Assembly (NCBI RefSeq): GCF_036321535.1
Contig: NC_087437.1
Location: 6,138,001 to 6,202,000, forward strand
Direction: 5' to 3'
Source of the DNA: Camelus dromedarius
Taxonomy: Eukaryota
DNA length: 64,000 nt
Positions 1 through 14,000 of the stretch are shown piece after piece. Numbering within the stretch: the first letter of the stretch is position 1; each line of letters starts with the position of its first letter. The position numbers and the translations under genes are program-made. Under the pieces are notes generated by a model. That model did no database searches. It was not told the DNA's origin and saw nothing but the letters and a program-made list of their open reading frames with translations.

Positions 1-699
1 GGAGAAGACCTATTTCTGGAGGTTTGGAAGAAAAGAGGAGACAAGTAGGGATGCTGGAAGGGGGAGGCTCAGAGGAATGCTTTTGTTGTGTTTTATTTTT
101 TTCTTAAAGAAGAAACAGCAAAGAGGAAGAGGTTAAAAACATTGGGGATATAATACCTAACAGCTCTTGGTCACAAAGAGGGAAAGAGTTAACTCCAGAG
201 TATTAGAGACAGAGTGAACAGAGGCATCAACCAGAGCACAGGAAGCAAGGGGAGGTTCAGGCTGGTGGCCAGGAAGGAAGAAGCTGAGATGGTCAGGTTT
301 AGTAGCACGCAGATTGGGCAGACTGTTTGAGAACACACATAAAAGGATGGTTCAGCAGGGTAGTGTGCTGCATGTTATGAAACTGCAGTGGCTCCAATCC
401 AGTGTCCCCAGCTCTCCCAAGTAAGCATTATCATTTTGGGTTATTATCAAATCACAGATTCTGTGAGCAAAGTATTTCTTCAAGCGGCCTGTCCTCCACT
501 GCCGCTGTCTCCTCCAGATGACTGCAAAGCTCTCCCAACTCACATCCATGTTTTCAGTCCTGCTTCTCTCAAACACATAAACCACAGTGATTTAGTTTAA
601 ATGTCCATTATGCCAAAATGCTCACTGTTTTACATTCTTGAAAGTCAGGTACACACGTTGTTTAGGGCTTGATCTCTGTGCCTCTTCCTGTGTCACTTT

Positions 700-1610
700 A
701 TTACCAACTTCAATTGGCATCATACAGTATCTGGGCTTCCAAACCAGTATGTTCAAATCTCTCTCCAAAGCTCTAGAATCACATAATACAACTGTCTACT
801 GAATATCCATGGTCCCAAAGGAACACCAAACTCAACACATCCATAAGTGAATTCCTCTTTCCTTTGACATTTTTTCTCTATTATTCATTATCTCTGTCAT
901 TTTCACCATCACTGACTGTGCTGTCCAAATTATCTTTGCTTCTTCCCTCTTCCTCACTCCCATATTCAATTCATTACAAATCCTGACAATTCTAGCAACT
1001 TGGTATTTTCCAATTATTTCCACTTACCGCTATCTTTACTGCTTTTATTTTGTTTCAGGCCACCGTACCCTCTCTTCTAGAACACAGACGTTACTACTTT
1101 TGTTGCTAATCACTGTTCCCCTGGCTTACTACCCCCTTCAGTTTCTTTACAGCTGTGTAACCAGGGCAATCCTTCTAAACTAAAAATATGATTATGAAAG
1201 CATTATGTTTCAGTGCCACCTTCTCTCCCTCATCCTGGAATAAAGATCTAGACCAGTGCTGTCCAGGCGAACTTTCTACAATGATTGGACTGTTCTTTAT
1301 CTATACTGCCCAGCTGACTAGCCACTTAGTCACATGTGGCTGGCATTAGGCACATGAAATAGGAATAGTGTGGCTGAGAAACTAAATTTTAAATTTTATT
1401 TAATTTTAATTAATTTAAAATTTATAGCCACCTATTGGGCAGCACAGATCTAGACTGTTCTTAGCATGACATATGAGTTCCCCTGTCCTGGCATTGCCTC
1501 ATTTTCCTCCTTCCTTCTCACACAAAATCTACTCTAGTTTTAATGAACTGACGCGTGTTTCCTGTATCCATGATGACATTCAGACAGGCATACCTTTCCT
1601 CACGCTGTGC
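700..1610 (+). mobile_element. L2 LINE remnant, interrupted by MER3
   Basis: Decayed L2 ORF2/3' motifs such as 'caactgtctactgaatatcc...caaactcaacacatcc'. Confidence 0.7.
1254..1447 (+). mobile_element. MER3-like hAT-Charlie MITE with intact 8-bp TSD
   Basis: Begins cagtgctgtcc and ends gggcagcacag, with an AT-rich internal palindrome; ATCTAGAC at 1246-1253 and 1448-1455 fits the Charlie NTCTAGAN target. Confidence 0.88.
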
Positions 1611-1619
1611 CCAGCTCCA

Positions 1620-2190
1620 GGGGATAGAGGACTTTTGGTCTGAGGTAACCATAAATCCCACTCCCTGCTTTCCTATCGTTTCTTGTGTTAGGGTTAGCCA
1701 TTACCCCAATTCTACGAACGACACTTACGCCTACATCTGCTAGCGGCGATTACTAGGAAAACGCCTCTACTTTGCTTAATCAAAGAGGCCGAATAAGGTT
1801 GGCACCAGCCTCTTGCACAAATATGCAGCTCTGAACCATTATCTACTGAACTACTGAATAACTGATGTCCAGCTGGAACATCATCTTGAGACCACTTAGC
1901 CACAATCATGAAGCAAGACCAAGGGAACCTGCAGGTCTCAATACTGCAGAGCCACTGAACAGCTGACAGCAGCTGTCTACCTCTAGACTTGTTACTTCTT
2001 AGGAAAAATAACAACAGACAAAAACCCAAGTGGCCATCAGAGCCACTGAACAGCTGACAGCAGCTGTCTACCTCTAGACTTGTTACTTCTTAGGAAAAAT
2101 AACAACAGACAAAAACCCAAGTGGCCATTTACTCGGGCCAGTCCTAGCCGAGTTTCTGTTACTTGTAGCCAAATGCAATGCTGATGAAGT
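1620..2190 (+). mobile_element. Old MaLR (MLT1-type) solo LTR
   Basis: 3' end 'gagtttctgttacttgtagccaaatgcaatgctgat' is typical of MLT1 LTRs. Confidence 0.6.
1947..2128. repeat. Perfect tandem duplication, 2 x 91 bp
   Basis: 1947-2037 and 2038-2128 are identical (cagagccactgaac...aagtggccat). Confidence 0.97.
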
Positions 2191-5100
2191 GTCCACTTTC
2201 GTGCTCCCCCAGCATGTTCTGCATGATTCTAATTATTACATTATAGCAAAATAATGTTGTTTATATATGTATCACACCAAACTAACCATTCTAACACCTA
2301 TCCTGACTACCTAGATGTAACTGTAATGCAAAACGTAATAAATATTAAAGCCACAATTTAATCTAAATATTTCAAGTCTCAGTTATTTTTTTTCTATGTA
2401 ATGTGAGCTCCCTGTGAACAAGTGCCTAACATTTATTAGGAATTAATATTTATTATGTTATACTGAGGTGAGTGAAGTCTGCCAGGATATAAGCTGTCTG
2501 TGAAGGCATCAAACTCCCCAACAAGGGACTGGTCAAGCTGAGATACTCAGTTATTTAATACAATATTAATACAAATGAGATTGAAGGACTTCATGATTAG
2601 CTGCCATCTAAAAGACCCTGAGATGTTGGGATTTTGTGCAGGGCCAGTAACAAAGCCCTATGGCCTGCTACCAAGGAGCCCACTCCCCTGCCTCTTTATT
2701 TTTCTGTCTGACCCAAATAAGGCCAATATTGGACTTGGACAAGAAGAATTACGCCACAGAAGATGGCGTATTATTCTGGCTGTATCTCTGCTGCCCACTC
2801 CCTCTGTGCGGAAGACCCTGAGACCTCTTCGTCCTGGTTCTTGGCACAACCATGGCTCTCGGGCCCTCCAATCTCCATTGCCTCCTTACCACGCTGGTTT
2901 CTGATCACTACTAACAAGACTCCTCTGACTCCCGGCCGTGCACCTGTCTGGGCTTTGCTGCTTACCTGGTCACCCTGCACTGGCTCGTGGTCCAGTCTGA
3001 TGCATGGTACCTCTGGGTATCTCAGTTTCCTACCACACCCGTGGCCCTGGTCATATCGGATTGCAAATGGACGCTCAAGAGTTCAAAACCTGGCTCAGCT
3101 TCGTGGTCACTAGTCCACCTCAGTAAGCCTTTATAAGACCTGAGTCCCTCATCTACAGAGCAGAGATGACAACAGTGGCTGGCCCGGCGTGCCGTGAGGG
3201 AAGTAAGATAATCGACGTGGAGCCTTTAGTGCCATGACTAGCCCACAGGGCACAACAGATATTAACAAGTATTAATCATTATTTCAAATAATTTATTACT
3301 CTTCCTCATAATTCTTTATCATAATTCTTCATATAGAAGGGAAAACCCAACTTTTTCAAAATGAGTAATTTTGAGGGGATGCGTGACAACAAAGTATCAT
3401 TGAATCTTCATCTTCTTATCCCTCAGTCTGTATTTTACATTTAATATATAAGGCTCATTGAAAAGACAAGAATATTTCCATTAATTGTGTTTAGAATAGG
3501 AAGCTATTTCCCAAACTGTTGAGAGAAAGCATTTTTAAGATGGGTAATTACACTGACTTTGATGACAGAGTTATATTTTTTACCATATGTTTATACTTCA
3601 AATGTAACTTTAAAAAACTTGGTTGTCATACATAATCTCACTGTGATATGTGTTAGAACAAATATGCTGTGATAAAATATTCTGAAACTGTACCACAGCT
3701 TAGAAGACTGTTTATCAATAACCAAGAACCTCCTCAATTAAATTACTAGAAACCACCACAGCAAAACAACTGCTAATCCAGAAAATAGGAAATAAGGGAA
3801 ATGGAAGATGTCTAATAAACTTTTGGGAGATATGGAATTTATCCCACGAGTGCTGTAAAGAGCTCATAATTTAAGAATGCCAAAGCCCAAGTGTGTTATG
3901 AGGGCCTTTCCTCAAAAGTGACGTTAATTGCATATCCCACAGATGCTTATTATGTATTCTATTTATATCAAAGGATAAAATGTAGTCGAAAATATACAGA
4001 TTCAATATATTTAAGAGTGATAATAAAACACAGTTACTCTGGCCTAGCAAAAATTGTTAAGCTTTAAACTTCAATTTTTGGTCTGTTTATGAAACCATAC
4101 TGATAGTATTAAATATTAAGAAAATAGTATTGAATCTTTATATTTGAATCTATTATGATTAAGGGTCTTATGAACTCAAAACAAGTATGTACTCATGGAT
4201 GGAATTGTAACACTAATATTTTAGTAATATTAACTCCTAAGTGATGAAATCACAGGACATTTTTATTCTCATATTAAAAATGAAGATACAAAAAAAAAAA
4301 ACCAAACCCCAAAACTCTTAGAAATTACCTTGTAAAGTTGGCAATGACGCAGTGAATGTTTTACTTTGGAAATCAGTCAGCACTCATGGATAGGTCCCTA
4401 CAGAACTTAATTTTTTAAAAGCCGAACACTCATCAATAATTGGCAAACAAAACACAACTCAAGATGTCAATTATCTGAATTAAAGTAAGAGAAATTTCAT
4501 TCTAAGTGCAATAGGAGTAATTTTTCATAAAGTTAATGAGAAACTGTAAATTACTTTTAGGAAATACTATTTTATAATATCACCTAGAAAGTATTAAATA
4601 TTTAATTGCAAATTAACTTTGTTTAACCTTTAAAATAGTAAGTTGACTTAACATTTCCTAACAGAAAAAAACAGCCACAATTATCCAGGGGAAAATGCAC
4701 TTAAATATAGCATTAATAAGCAAGTTATTACATAACATTCAAGATTTCAAGGGGTCTTACTCCCATATTGCAAGATAACTATCATCAATTTATTTAAAAT
4801 TAAGATAAGCTAATTTGGAATGACTTCTAATTTTGTTAAATAAATTTATTAGCAAAATGCAACAAATGCCTTCACATGTGCTGCATCAGCCACGTCAGGA
4901 CACTTCCACATATATTCCCTAACAAAAAACAGAAGAAAAACTACTTTTCAAAATGGAGTAATTATAAACTCTTTTTGTTAAAGATGATCACAACCATATC
5001 AGAAAGCAGATTTAAACAAACTTGAATGTATCATGCAACTGCTAAAGACTGACTAAAATTAGATGCCTGGACTCAACGTGGGGTATGATTTCATTTTGCT

Positions 5101-5499
5101 AACACTTTCTCTACCATGTAAACAACTTTCTTCCAACAGGAATAGACAGCAGTACCAGCAATTACTTAGATCAATGTTAACTTGTGCGATATAAAACAAA
5201 ACAAAACAAAGTGAACAAATTTCAATTCACTTCCATGAGATAAAGACCTGTAGTATTTATGAGATTCAAGGACATAAAATTATTGTGCCAAAATGCTATG
5301 ATCTGTTTCTAAAAGTTTACTCTCAACTTCGATACTATCTCTTTAGCAGCCTTGGTCTAAAGGAGAGCTATGTTCCCACTTAAATAGAAGCTGTTTCCTT
5401 TAGTGAAGAAAACACAGAAAGCCACAGTCAGAGCTGGCGGAGATCATGAATCGCATGGTACATCATGTTCCCAAAGCTATGATATCCTAAGTAATGATA

Positions 5500-5790
5500 A
5501 TGACAAATAATGATACCAAAAGCAGCACTAACCATATACTGAATGTTCACTGAATATTGACGGTGCTGCCCCGTGCCTGTGATCCGCACACATGCTCACA
5601 TCCACTGGGAATGATGGAGCTGCTCTCACTATGAGTTTTGTATATTATGATCTAATTCTCATAGGCACCCTCTGAAGTAGGTACCATTATGTTCAATCTC
5701 CATTTCACAGATGAAGAAACCAAGGCTCAAAGTAGTTAAACAGGTCTGTTTCATTTCAAAGCCTGTGCTTCTAACGGCTGTTTTACATAA
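5500..5790 (-). mobile_element. MIR SINE, interrupted by a 70-80 bp non-MIR insert
   Basis: MIR core 'ccatttcacagatgaagaaaccaaggctcaaagtagttaa' plus a MIR-tail-like left end. Confidence 0.75.
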
Positions 5791-6689
5791 GACTCTTTGG
5801 GGCCAGAGAGTAATATGAGTCTAACAGTCATCAATAGGAAATACATCGATGGTAGTACAGCTTTGGGTAGCATCAAAACAGGGAAATTCAACCACACTGC
5901 CTCACAAACATGAACAATAAAATCAAGTCTGTTCAGTGAGATGAGTCAGTAAAATCATTGCTACTGTGAAATGTAGTACCGACCAATTAAGAGAAAGAGT
6001 GATTTCTTCAAAGTTTAAAAAATATATATATTTACATAACGAAGATAAAATTCCATGCAAAAATAAAGGGATAACTGAGCTGGCTATGGTTACTGCAAGC
6101 CTTGATTTTGTTAGTCCTGCTGAAAACTAAAGTTGAAAAGAGGAAGAGGAGTTAGGTCATGGATCATGGGATTTTACTGGGAAGGTGCTGGATGGATGTC
6201 ACGGAAGCTCGAGGGATCGGTGTGGTGAAGAGAGAGCACTTGGGAACTACGTCTGAGAAGGAACTAGAACACAAAGCTCATAAATCGCTGTGCCAAGTCC
6301 ACGCCCCTCCACTGCCACGGAGAGCAGCAGCTGGGTCAGAGAGCCAGCAAACAACAAGCGTTTCACACAAGTGCTGAGTGTATCCACCAGGAGCCTCTTT
6401 CCCCAATATTTAAGACCAACTTCTAGACTAGACAACAATTTTTGAGGATATAAAATAGGTTTTTGTATTTGACTAAACCAAGTCTTCGAGTGCACAGTAG
6501 AAAGGAATTAAGAATTAGCCTCCTGACCTTGTCACTGGCATTTTAGATTTTTTTTTTTATTCTATAATCACACACAAATCAGCTGGACTTAGAAGCATGA
6601 TGTCAATTCATCAGTTCCCGATGGCGCTGCCCCGTACCCATGATGCGCACGTGCACTCACGTCCACTGGGAGTGACGGAGCTGCTCTCA
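5559..6689 (+). repeat. Dispersed direct repeat: 70-bp copies at 5559-5628 and 6620-6689
   Basis: Ungapped hand alignment gives 56/70 identical positions. Confidence 0.92.
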
Positions 6690-7384
6690 ACCACGGAGTC
6701 AAGCTTAAGTCACAGAGATGGAAACAGGCATCGTTAAAACAGGAGGGCAGACGTCGTCAACCACAGCCCAGGACTTCCAGAGGAGAACGGCTGAGTTATG
6801 ATTAGTCATACACGGTGTAACGTGAAAACATAAAGAAAACACTCATGGACCTGCTTTTCTTTGGGCTAAATAAACAGCCTCCGCTCTGGTTCTAATCCTC
6901 TGACTTCAGAGTCTCCCTAATTCAAATACTGAGTTCATATTTATTTAATGAGAATCTACTGTATAGATCTCAGGAATATCTTCTCAACTTTCCTTATTGA
7001 GAGATGGGATTTGCAGGAAGTATCTACCAAGGACTGCCCGGCACTAGATACAAATGTCGCACTGTTTTGATTTAAAGGACCTTTTATTGTCTGTGCCCCT
7101 ACATAACTATGCACATTTATTAAAGTTGTTATCTTTCTAAATTGCCTCACGTTGCAAGTCACTGAATGCGTGTGCACACCCTCCCCTCCTCCAAAGGTGA
7201 CTAGCTCCACATTCTTCTGCTATATAGCATGTTACAGAAGTCACCTGGCTGAAGAAGGTTAATATATTATATTTTCATTGTGAGGGACATTTATCTTACT
7301 TTTAGAAATGCACTTCTGAGGGTAGACCAGATAACCACACTATAAATGGAAAGAACACGACTATCTGCAGGAATGCTGGGGTTC

Positions 7385-7549
7385 GGGGCTAGCTTCGTGT
7401 GTGTACAATCTGTGTGACCCTGCCCTTCTCAGAATGCTCAGTTTAATGCCTGGCTGTTGCCATCTCGAAATTCCCACTGACTTATTTTTTTAAAGGGGCC
7501 ATTCGCGTTTAGTTTGCACTGGGCTCTGCAGATTATAGAGCCCAGCCTG
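7385..7549 (+). mobile_element. MER45A-like hAT-Tip100 MITE
   Basis: 'gtttaatgcctggctgttgccatctcgaaatt...aaggggcc...tttgcactgggctctgcagattat...cctg' matches the recalled MER45A layout. Confidence 0.8.
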
Positions 7550-7838
7550 CCTGGATGTGAACTATGACTTCACAGTTCAATACGTGTAAGGTCAGTGTAA
7601 GCCTTAGTTTCCTCCTCCATAACCAGGGAGTGATGCCCAGTTAACGGGGCTGGTGGGGGGGACTGGAGGAAACACCATATACGAAAGCCATGAGCACAGT
7701 CTGGCACACGAAACACAAAGGAGCCATGGCATGAAATGGAGCTGGAACAGCTCTGACTCTCGTGTCTATGAATCTGAAACACACAGAAGCCACCAGAAAC
7801 CACAATTAGGTGATGCTGAGATTTAAACGAATACTTAC

Positions 7839-8011
7839 AAGCCATATATCTGTGGCGCAATCTCTAGTCTGTTCAGGTGCATGTAAAGCTCAATATCGTG
7901 CTTCTTCAATAGATGATCCTGGATCTGGTTGACTTTAGTAACAATAGCAATTGTTGGCCCCAAATCCTGTGGTCGAGCAAAGGGGATAGGCGTCATCAGG
8001 GTCTCCTTCCC
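7839..8011 (-). CDS. TBC1D5: TBC1D5 coding exon J (173 nt; GKETLMTP...QIYGL)
   Basis: Acceptor tttctag|GGG, donor CTT|gtaagt; phase 0 to 2. Confidence 0.97.
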
Positions 8012-11000
8012 CTAGAAACAGGAAAAATGGAACATGGATTATTTGAACAGTGAAATTAACAAATATATGGACATCATTCTTGAATGTATTTATCAATAGG
8101 AGTTTAAATAGGAGCCAACATCTTCTTTAATTATCTCATGACAAATGCTTAAAATGTGGAATTCTATGCTAATCGTTGTACAGATGACTGCGCTCGTAAA
8201 GGCCAGGAAATATTCTAAAATATTTTCTCCTTGTGTTCCCTTGAGCAGTTTCTCTGGGGACACGAACTCTTACCAGATGATTCTGGCTAGAAGCAGTGGT
8301 GGCCACCAGTCTACCTGTCCACGGCCAGCGTGTCTAATCAGCAGCCCCAGTACCGAAACGAAACACCGGGAGGAAAACTTACTTCTTGTGGCATAAAGCG
8401 TCCACATGAAAAAAAGTGACTGAAAACGGTTTTCCTTTGAGGTCTCAAAACTATAAAAAAAAAAAATGCCAGGAAGTAAAGTAAACTAGTACTAGAAGAG
8501 AAGATGTTCTCTGTCTTTTGATCAATTTAAATAGCTGGGTATAAATATTTTAAAATTCTCCAGACCACAAATACAGCTGACTTAAAAAAAAAAAAATCTC
8601 TGTGGGCCAACTTCAGCATCCCTTCCTGCCATCCCATGCCCTCGATTAAGAAAGACAGATCTGTCACTCCTTGCCATGTCTTCATGTAAACTTCAACTGC
8701 CCCCTCAAGTCTGAGGGTTTACCTAACACACTACGTCTGACCTTTCTTCCGATGTCCGGTCCTCCACTTCCACCTCTTTCCAATACTGGGATTCACAGCA
8801 TCTCTCTTGTGACTCTCTGCCTACCACTCATCGTCAGTCTACCTCTCTCATTCAGGTTCTTGTCTCTGTTTCACGAATGCTGCTTTCTCCTACAGCCCTG
8901 GTCTTAGTTTTATTCTCTACTTACACGCAATTCCCTGAGTGAGCTCAGCCACACACAGGGCTTCAACTGAAACCCTTTTTCCAAAGACTTCCTCATTTGT
9001 ACTCAAGACCTAGAACTCGAGAGTGCCTCCCACACACTCCAATGCTGGCAAAGAATCCCAGATTCCCAAGGGGTCTCTAATGCAGCAGGCCCACAGCCGA
9101 GTCATCACCTCCTGCTCAAAGGCACGTTCATCCTCCCCAAGCCTACCTCAACCCATCCCCCAACGAGAACACCTAATCTGCCAATTTTAGCTCCTTAGAA
9201 CCACTCAGGGGACTCCCGTGCGTCTCTTCTACTGTGACAACCTGACTCGGGGCCCTAATCTTTCCTTTCCTCCTGGTCTTGCTGCCCCTGATTTAGTCTG
9301 TTTTTATATCCATCTTCCAAAATTCTGGTGCTCCACCTAAAGCAGATGTTAGATTAGGCCAGATAGCCCTCCTTAAACATTCCTAACAGCTCCTCGCTAT
9401 TTTTACTCTGGGGAAAACAGAACAATCAATCTAAATTCTTTGACCAGGTCTACAAGGTTTTCCATTACCTGGACGGCCTCTATTCTCACTGTGCTTCTAG
9501 AGGTCCTGGGATGCCACCTTCGACCTGAAATAGCCCCCTCCCTGGTGTTTCCACCCAGAAGCCCCAGATGCATTTAAAGATTCGGCTCAAGTGCCAGGTC
9601 CTGGTTCATTATCGTCTTCTCCCTCCTCTGCCATGGCAAGCTCACCCAATTCTCTGCCTCCTAAACTGTGCGATCTCTAAAGGGAGTGTCATCCCTCCGT
9701 TACTGAACCAGATTCAGAGGCACGAAGATAAGGAAGGTAAAAGCTCTTGCCCTCGTCGTCCGGAGGGAAAACTACACTGAGGAAACCCTCAGAATTCTGT
9801 ATCAGAGCTGTGACTAATCAGGTCGGTAGAAAGTGCAGGAGAGGGGAGGGAGGGGCATGTGTATCAGGGAAAATTTCCTGGAAGGAGTTCGTGGAAGTTT
9901 CCCGGAAGCTGTCTTTTCAGGATCATTTCAAGTCTTAAAAAGAAACACAGTCCTTAGGACTCTCCACAGTGTCTGCCCCAGTGTATTTAGGTCTGAAGGA
10001 CATACGACCACGTTAATTTTTATGGCTCAATTAATTTTCGTTAATTTGTATAGACAGGAGAGAGGTAAATCTCTTTACTGCAGAAACCTGTGGGCTGAAT
10101 ATCATGCAGTGTATGGTAGAAGCATGAGCTCAGACAGGGTTTCTAACAACCACATGGAAGACAGAACACTGTATGTAGCCCTCTTCTAAGGGCCTTCAAT
10201 AAACATGCTCCTGAAAGTCTAACTGCTGGCTTTGGAGAGAACTGATCCTAAATTAATCTGTTAAAAATGTTTATCTTAATGAAATCATACTACTGATTTC
10301 TAGTTGGAATAGAATGAGTTGTCATTAAATCAATAGCATCTATAGCCCATTCTTCAAATACTTAACAGAGATTCATGTGTAGTCTAAGAACTACAGTCAT
10401 ATACCAATTGTAGTTAGAAAAGATTACCCCTCAGAACACTTGTAATAAAATATCTTCAATTTTAAAAACTTGAAAGTAATGTTCATGAGAACTACAATGC
10501 TAATAAATAGCTTAGCCTATCTAAAAGTAAAATCAAAAAAGAGTAAAGATAGAGTTAATGTAAAATACTTCCTTATCTTCAGGATTTCTTATCATAAAGA
10601 ATGCTATTTGCATTTAACAAATACGATCAAATGAGACAACCAATAAAATGGGACTCTTATTAGTGGTTCTCAAAGTGCGTTCCACAGATCAGTGCCAGGC
10701 CACAAACTGCTGGAGGACGGCAGCCGGGTAATGATGTCACACCATTACATAAATGCGTGCACTGCTTCCTTCACCGAGAAAGTCTTATCACAAAAAGTAT
10801 GTTGCTGAACTAGGCAGCACACGTAGGAATAGACCTGAACTTTCCAAGGGATTAGAAGAACTGAATGAAGGAGTGATATATTAATTTCTTGAACTTCTTT
10901 TTAAAAAGATGACAGAATCATGAAACAGAATAAAAAGGGGAGGATAAAAAAGGGATTCATTAAATATGTTTTTTAGGAATATATTATGCACTGGTAAATG

Positions 11001-14000
11001 CAAATAAACATGATTTCTCAGAGGTCACATCCATGTGACACTGGTAAAATAAATGTCATTGTGTTGTCTAAGCCATTTTCATGACTTGATTTCGTGACAG
11101 CAACATGAATAAGTAAACCTGAAAAATGGCGGCCCTCACATTTTTATTACTCAGTTTCTCAGATACTGTGAATCAGTTATAAACTACAAAGTGGCCACTG
11201 CATAAAATGATCATGATGTCGGTATTTAAATGTATTCAAGCACTCTGCTCAAAATGTGATGCTCCCATAAGCCTAGGACTTCATCCCATCACCTGCCAAG
11301 GACATGGATTTATTGTTCCAAAACGTAAAGCAGTTCATCACACGTGCTTACAGCAAGTTTCCCCTCCAATAACCCTTAAGGAATGTAGCATGCTGATGTA
11401 CTGCTGAAAGAAGACTTTATCAGCTCGGTGAGGGGTTGACAAACTTTCCCTGTGAAGAGCCAGATGGGAAATATTTTGGGCTTTCCAGGTCACACGGTCT
11501 GAGCTGCAGCTCCGCAGCTCTGCTGGTGTAACGAGCGCGGCCACAGGCAGCAAGGAAACCAACAGGGGTGGCTGCATCCCAACCAAACTTTCTTTATGGA
11601 CATGGAAATCTGAACTCAAGATAATTTTCGTATGTCACAAAACATTATTTCTCTTTTGATATTTTTTCCAACCATTTAATAATGTAAAAGCCATTTTTAA
11701 CTCACAAGCTGTACAAAAACAGATGGCAGGTCAAATTGGCCTGCAGGCAGTAGTTTGCCCTGACCTAGAGCAAAGGCATAAAAAGCATTAGATAGTCATT
11801 TCATTTTCTAAGAGATGGAGTGAAGTGACTGAGCAATGCATGGTTTCTAACCAGGATGCATTCAATTATACCAATACAAAAGAAATTAGTTGTACAGAAA
11901 ATAATATACCAAACACTCTTAACAACATCCCTTGTCAGAATATTTTACAATTTTCCCATTATTGTGTAATAACAATGAAAAGACCATAATGACCTCTAAG
12001 TTAGCATATATGTTTGTTTAAAATGACAGTTAATTCGGCAATCCCATCCCCTAGAGATACAGCAAGAGAGCTGAAAACATATGTTCACACAAAAGTTTGT
12101 ACACGAATGTTCACAGTAACATTATTCTTAATGGCCAAATAGTGGAAAGAACCCAAATGTCCACCAATGGATGTATGGAAAATAAAATGTAGTATATATC
12201 CAGGCAATGGAACATTATTTGGCTGTGAAAAGGAATGAGGTACTGACAGACACCTGCTGCAACATGAATGAATGCTGAGAATATTATGCTATGTGAACAA
12301 TTGGTCACAAAAGGCCACATATTATATGATTCCATTTATATGAAGTGTCCAGAAAAGGCAAATCCAGGAAATAGATAGCGTACCAGTGATGCCAGGGCTC
12401 TGGGGAATGGGGTTAAGGGAGGGACTGCTAATGGGTACAGGATTTCCTTTGGGGGTGTTGGAAATGTTTTGACATTAGAGAGTGGGGACATTTGCACAAC
12501 CCTGTGAAAATACTAAAAACCACTAAATTGTACCTTTAGAGAGGTGACTGTTAACGGTATGTTAATTATTTCACACAAAAAATTACAGTTAAAAAATAAG
12601 GTTAAGAGAGAGTAAGCATAAATGGTACTGATGCTAAATGTATATACTCAATAGTGATGCATTAGTCAAAGTAAAACAACCAATCTGACACAGAGTTGTC
12701 TACGCAATTCAGTATCTATCAACTCACGGGGGTAGCGACAGACCAAGTAGATAAATGCACGTATCACTCAAAATTTATAATCATTTTTAAGTAAGAAATT
12801 ATACTGCCTGCATAAAATAGACACATAAAAGAAAGTTTCTACTTATTTATATGACATTTTTTATATTACTTCTTTATATCTGCCAGTATTACTAGAGACA
12901 TGATTTAGATCCCCAGTTCAAACTTATTATTCCACAGGTATTCTTATATTTTCATTTTTTATAGTAATAATAATAGCTTCTATTCTCTGATCATATGTTT
13001 TTCAACTTACTTACTTTAAACTTAAAGTTACTTACTGAAATCATTTGGTCCCTCAAATATATTGAAAAGATCTGCACTGTAAGATTTACCTTTTGACCAT
13101 CATGCTCAAAAGTAGAAAACCAAGGTTCAGCAGTTTCCATAAGTTGGGAGAACATCGCACTAAAAATTAGAAAAATAATATAATGCTAATATTAAACTTC
13201 CATTAATGTAAAAATGGCATCAAAAGTAAAAGTAACCAAGCTTCTGTACTTACTAGGCATCATGTTCCAGGTACTCAGGGTTCAGGAGCGTTTTCATTTC
13301 CTCACTTAAAAAAGCAATACAAGCAATCAGCACGAGTAACTTTTTAATTGAAGGACATGCAGAGGTGGCCTTTTTCTATACTCACAAGCCCACTTGCATA
13401 AATGTGTAAATTTAAAAAAAGGAAGCCTTTATTAATAAAAAGAGCAACTCCATTAACAAATGAAATCCTTTCTTTCTATAAGGATCAAAACCAAATTAGC
13501 TCCCTGTCAGTACCACAATGAGGTAGCTCTCTAATTATTCTACATACCGAATACAGAATGTGACAATACACTCCTCAGACGTGCCTGGTCTAGAGTCAAC
13601 TGATTACTCCACAATCCATCACTTGTCCAAAACAAAACAAAAATTAATAGTTACCAGTCAAATATCCCATATCAAAACATTATTTTCTTTTGATGGCTTC
13701 TCCTTTTATTATATTTTAATATCAATTAATCAGTGAGAGCACCTCTTCCAAATCTATTTTAGGGTTGCTTTTACTTTATAAAGGGTTGAAACAGCTATAG
13801 AAGCATGTCCAACTCATTCAAAAGCTATTCTCAGTGTATACTTTACTGCGAAATACGTTAGCATATATGTTTTAAAGAAGACAAGCTGCATGAAAACACC
13901 ATCCCACACTAACTTCACCCTTACCCTTTAGAATAACTGAAGCAATGACAAGTAAGGTATGGTTACGATAGGTCAGATTCAGTAAACTCAGCATAATTAG

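Noticed and set aside
1947..2128. CRISPR-like or other array interpretation of the direct repeats
   Set aside because: Only two abutting units with no spacers, in mammalian intronic DNA.
1..7838. Next TBC1D5 exon (RWVRLLFGREF...) here, or the start-codon exon beyond 61227
   Set aside because: Neither was found by eye; both are presumed to lie outside the window.
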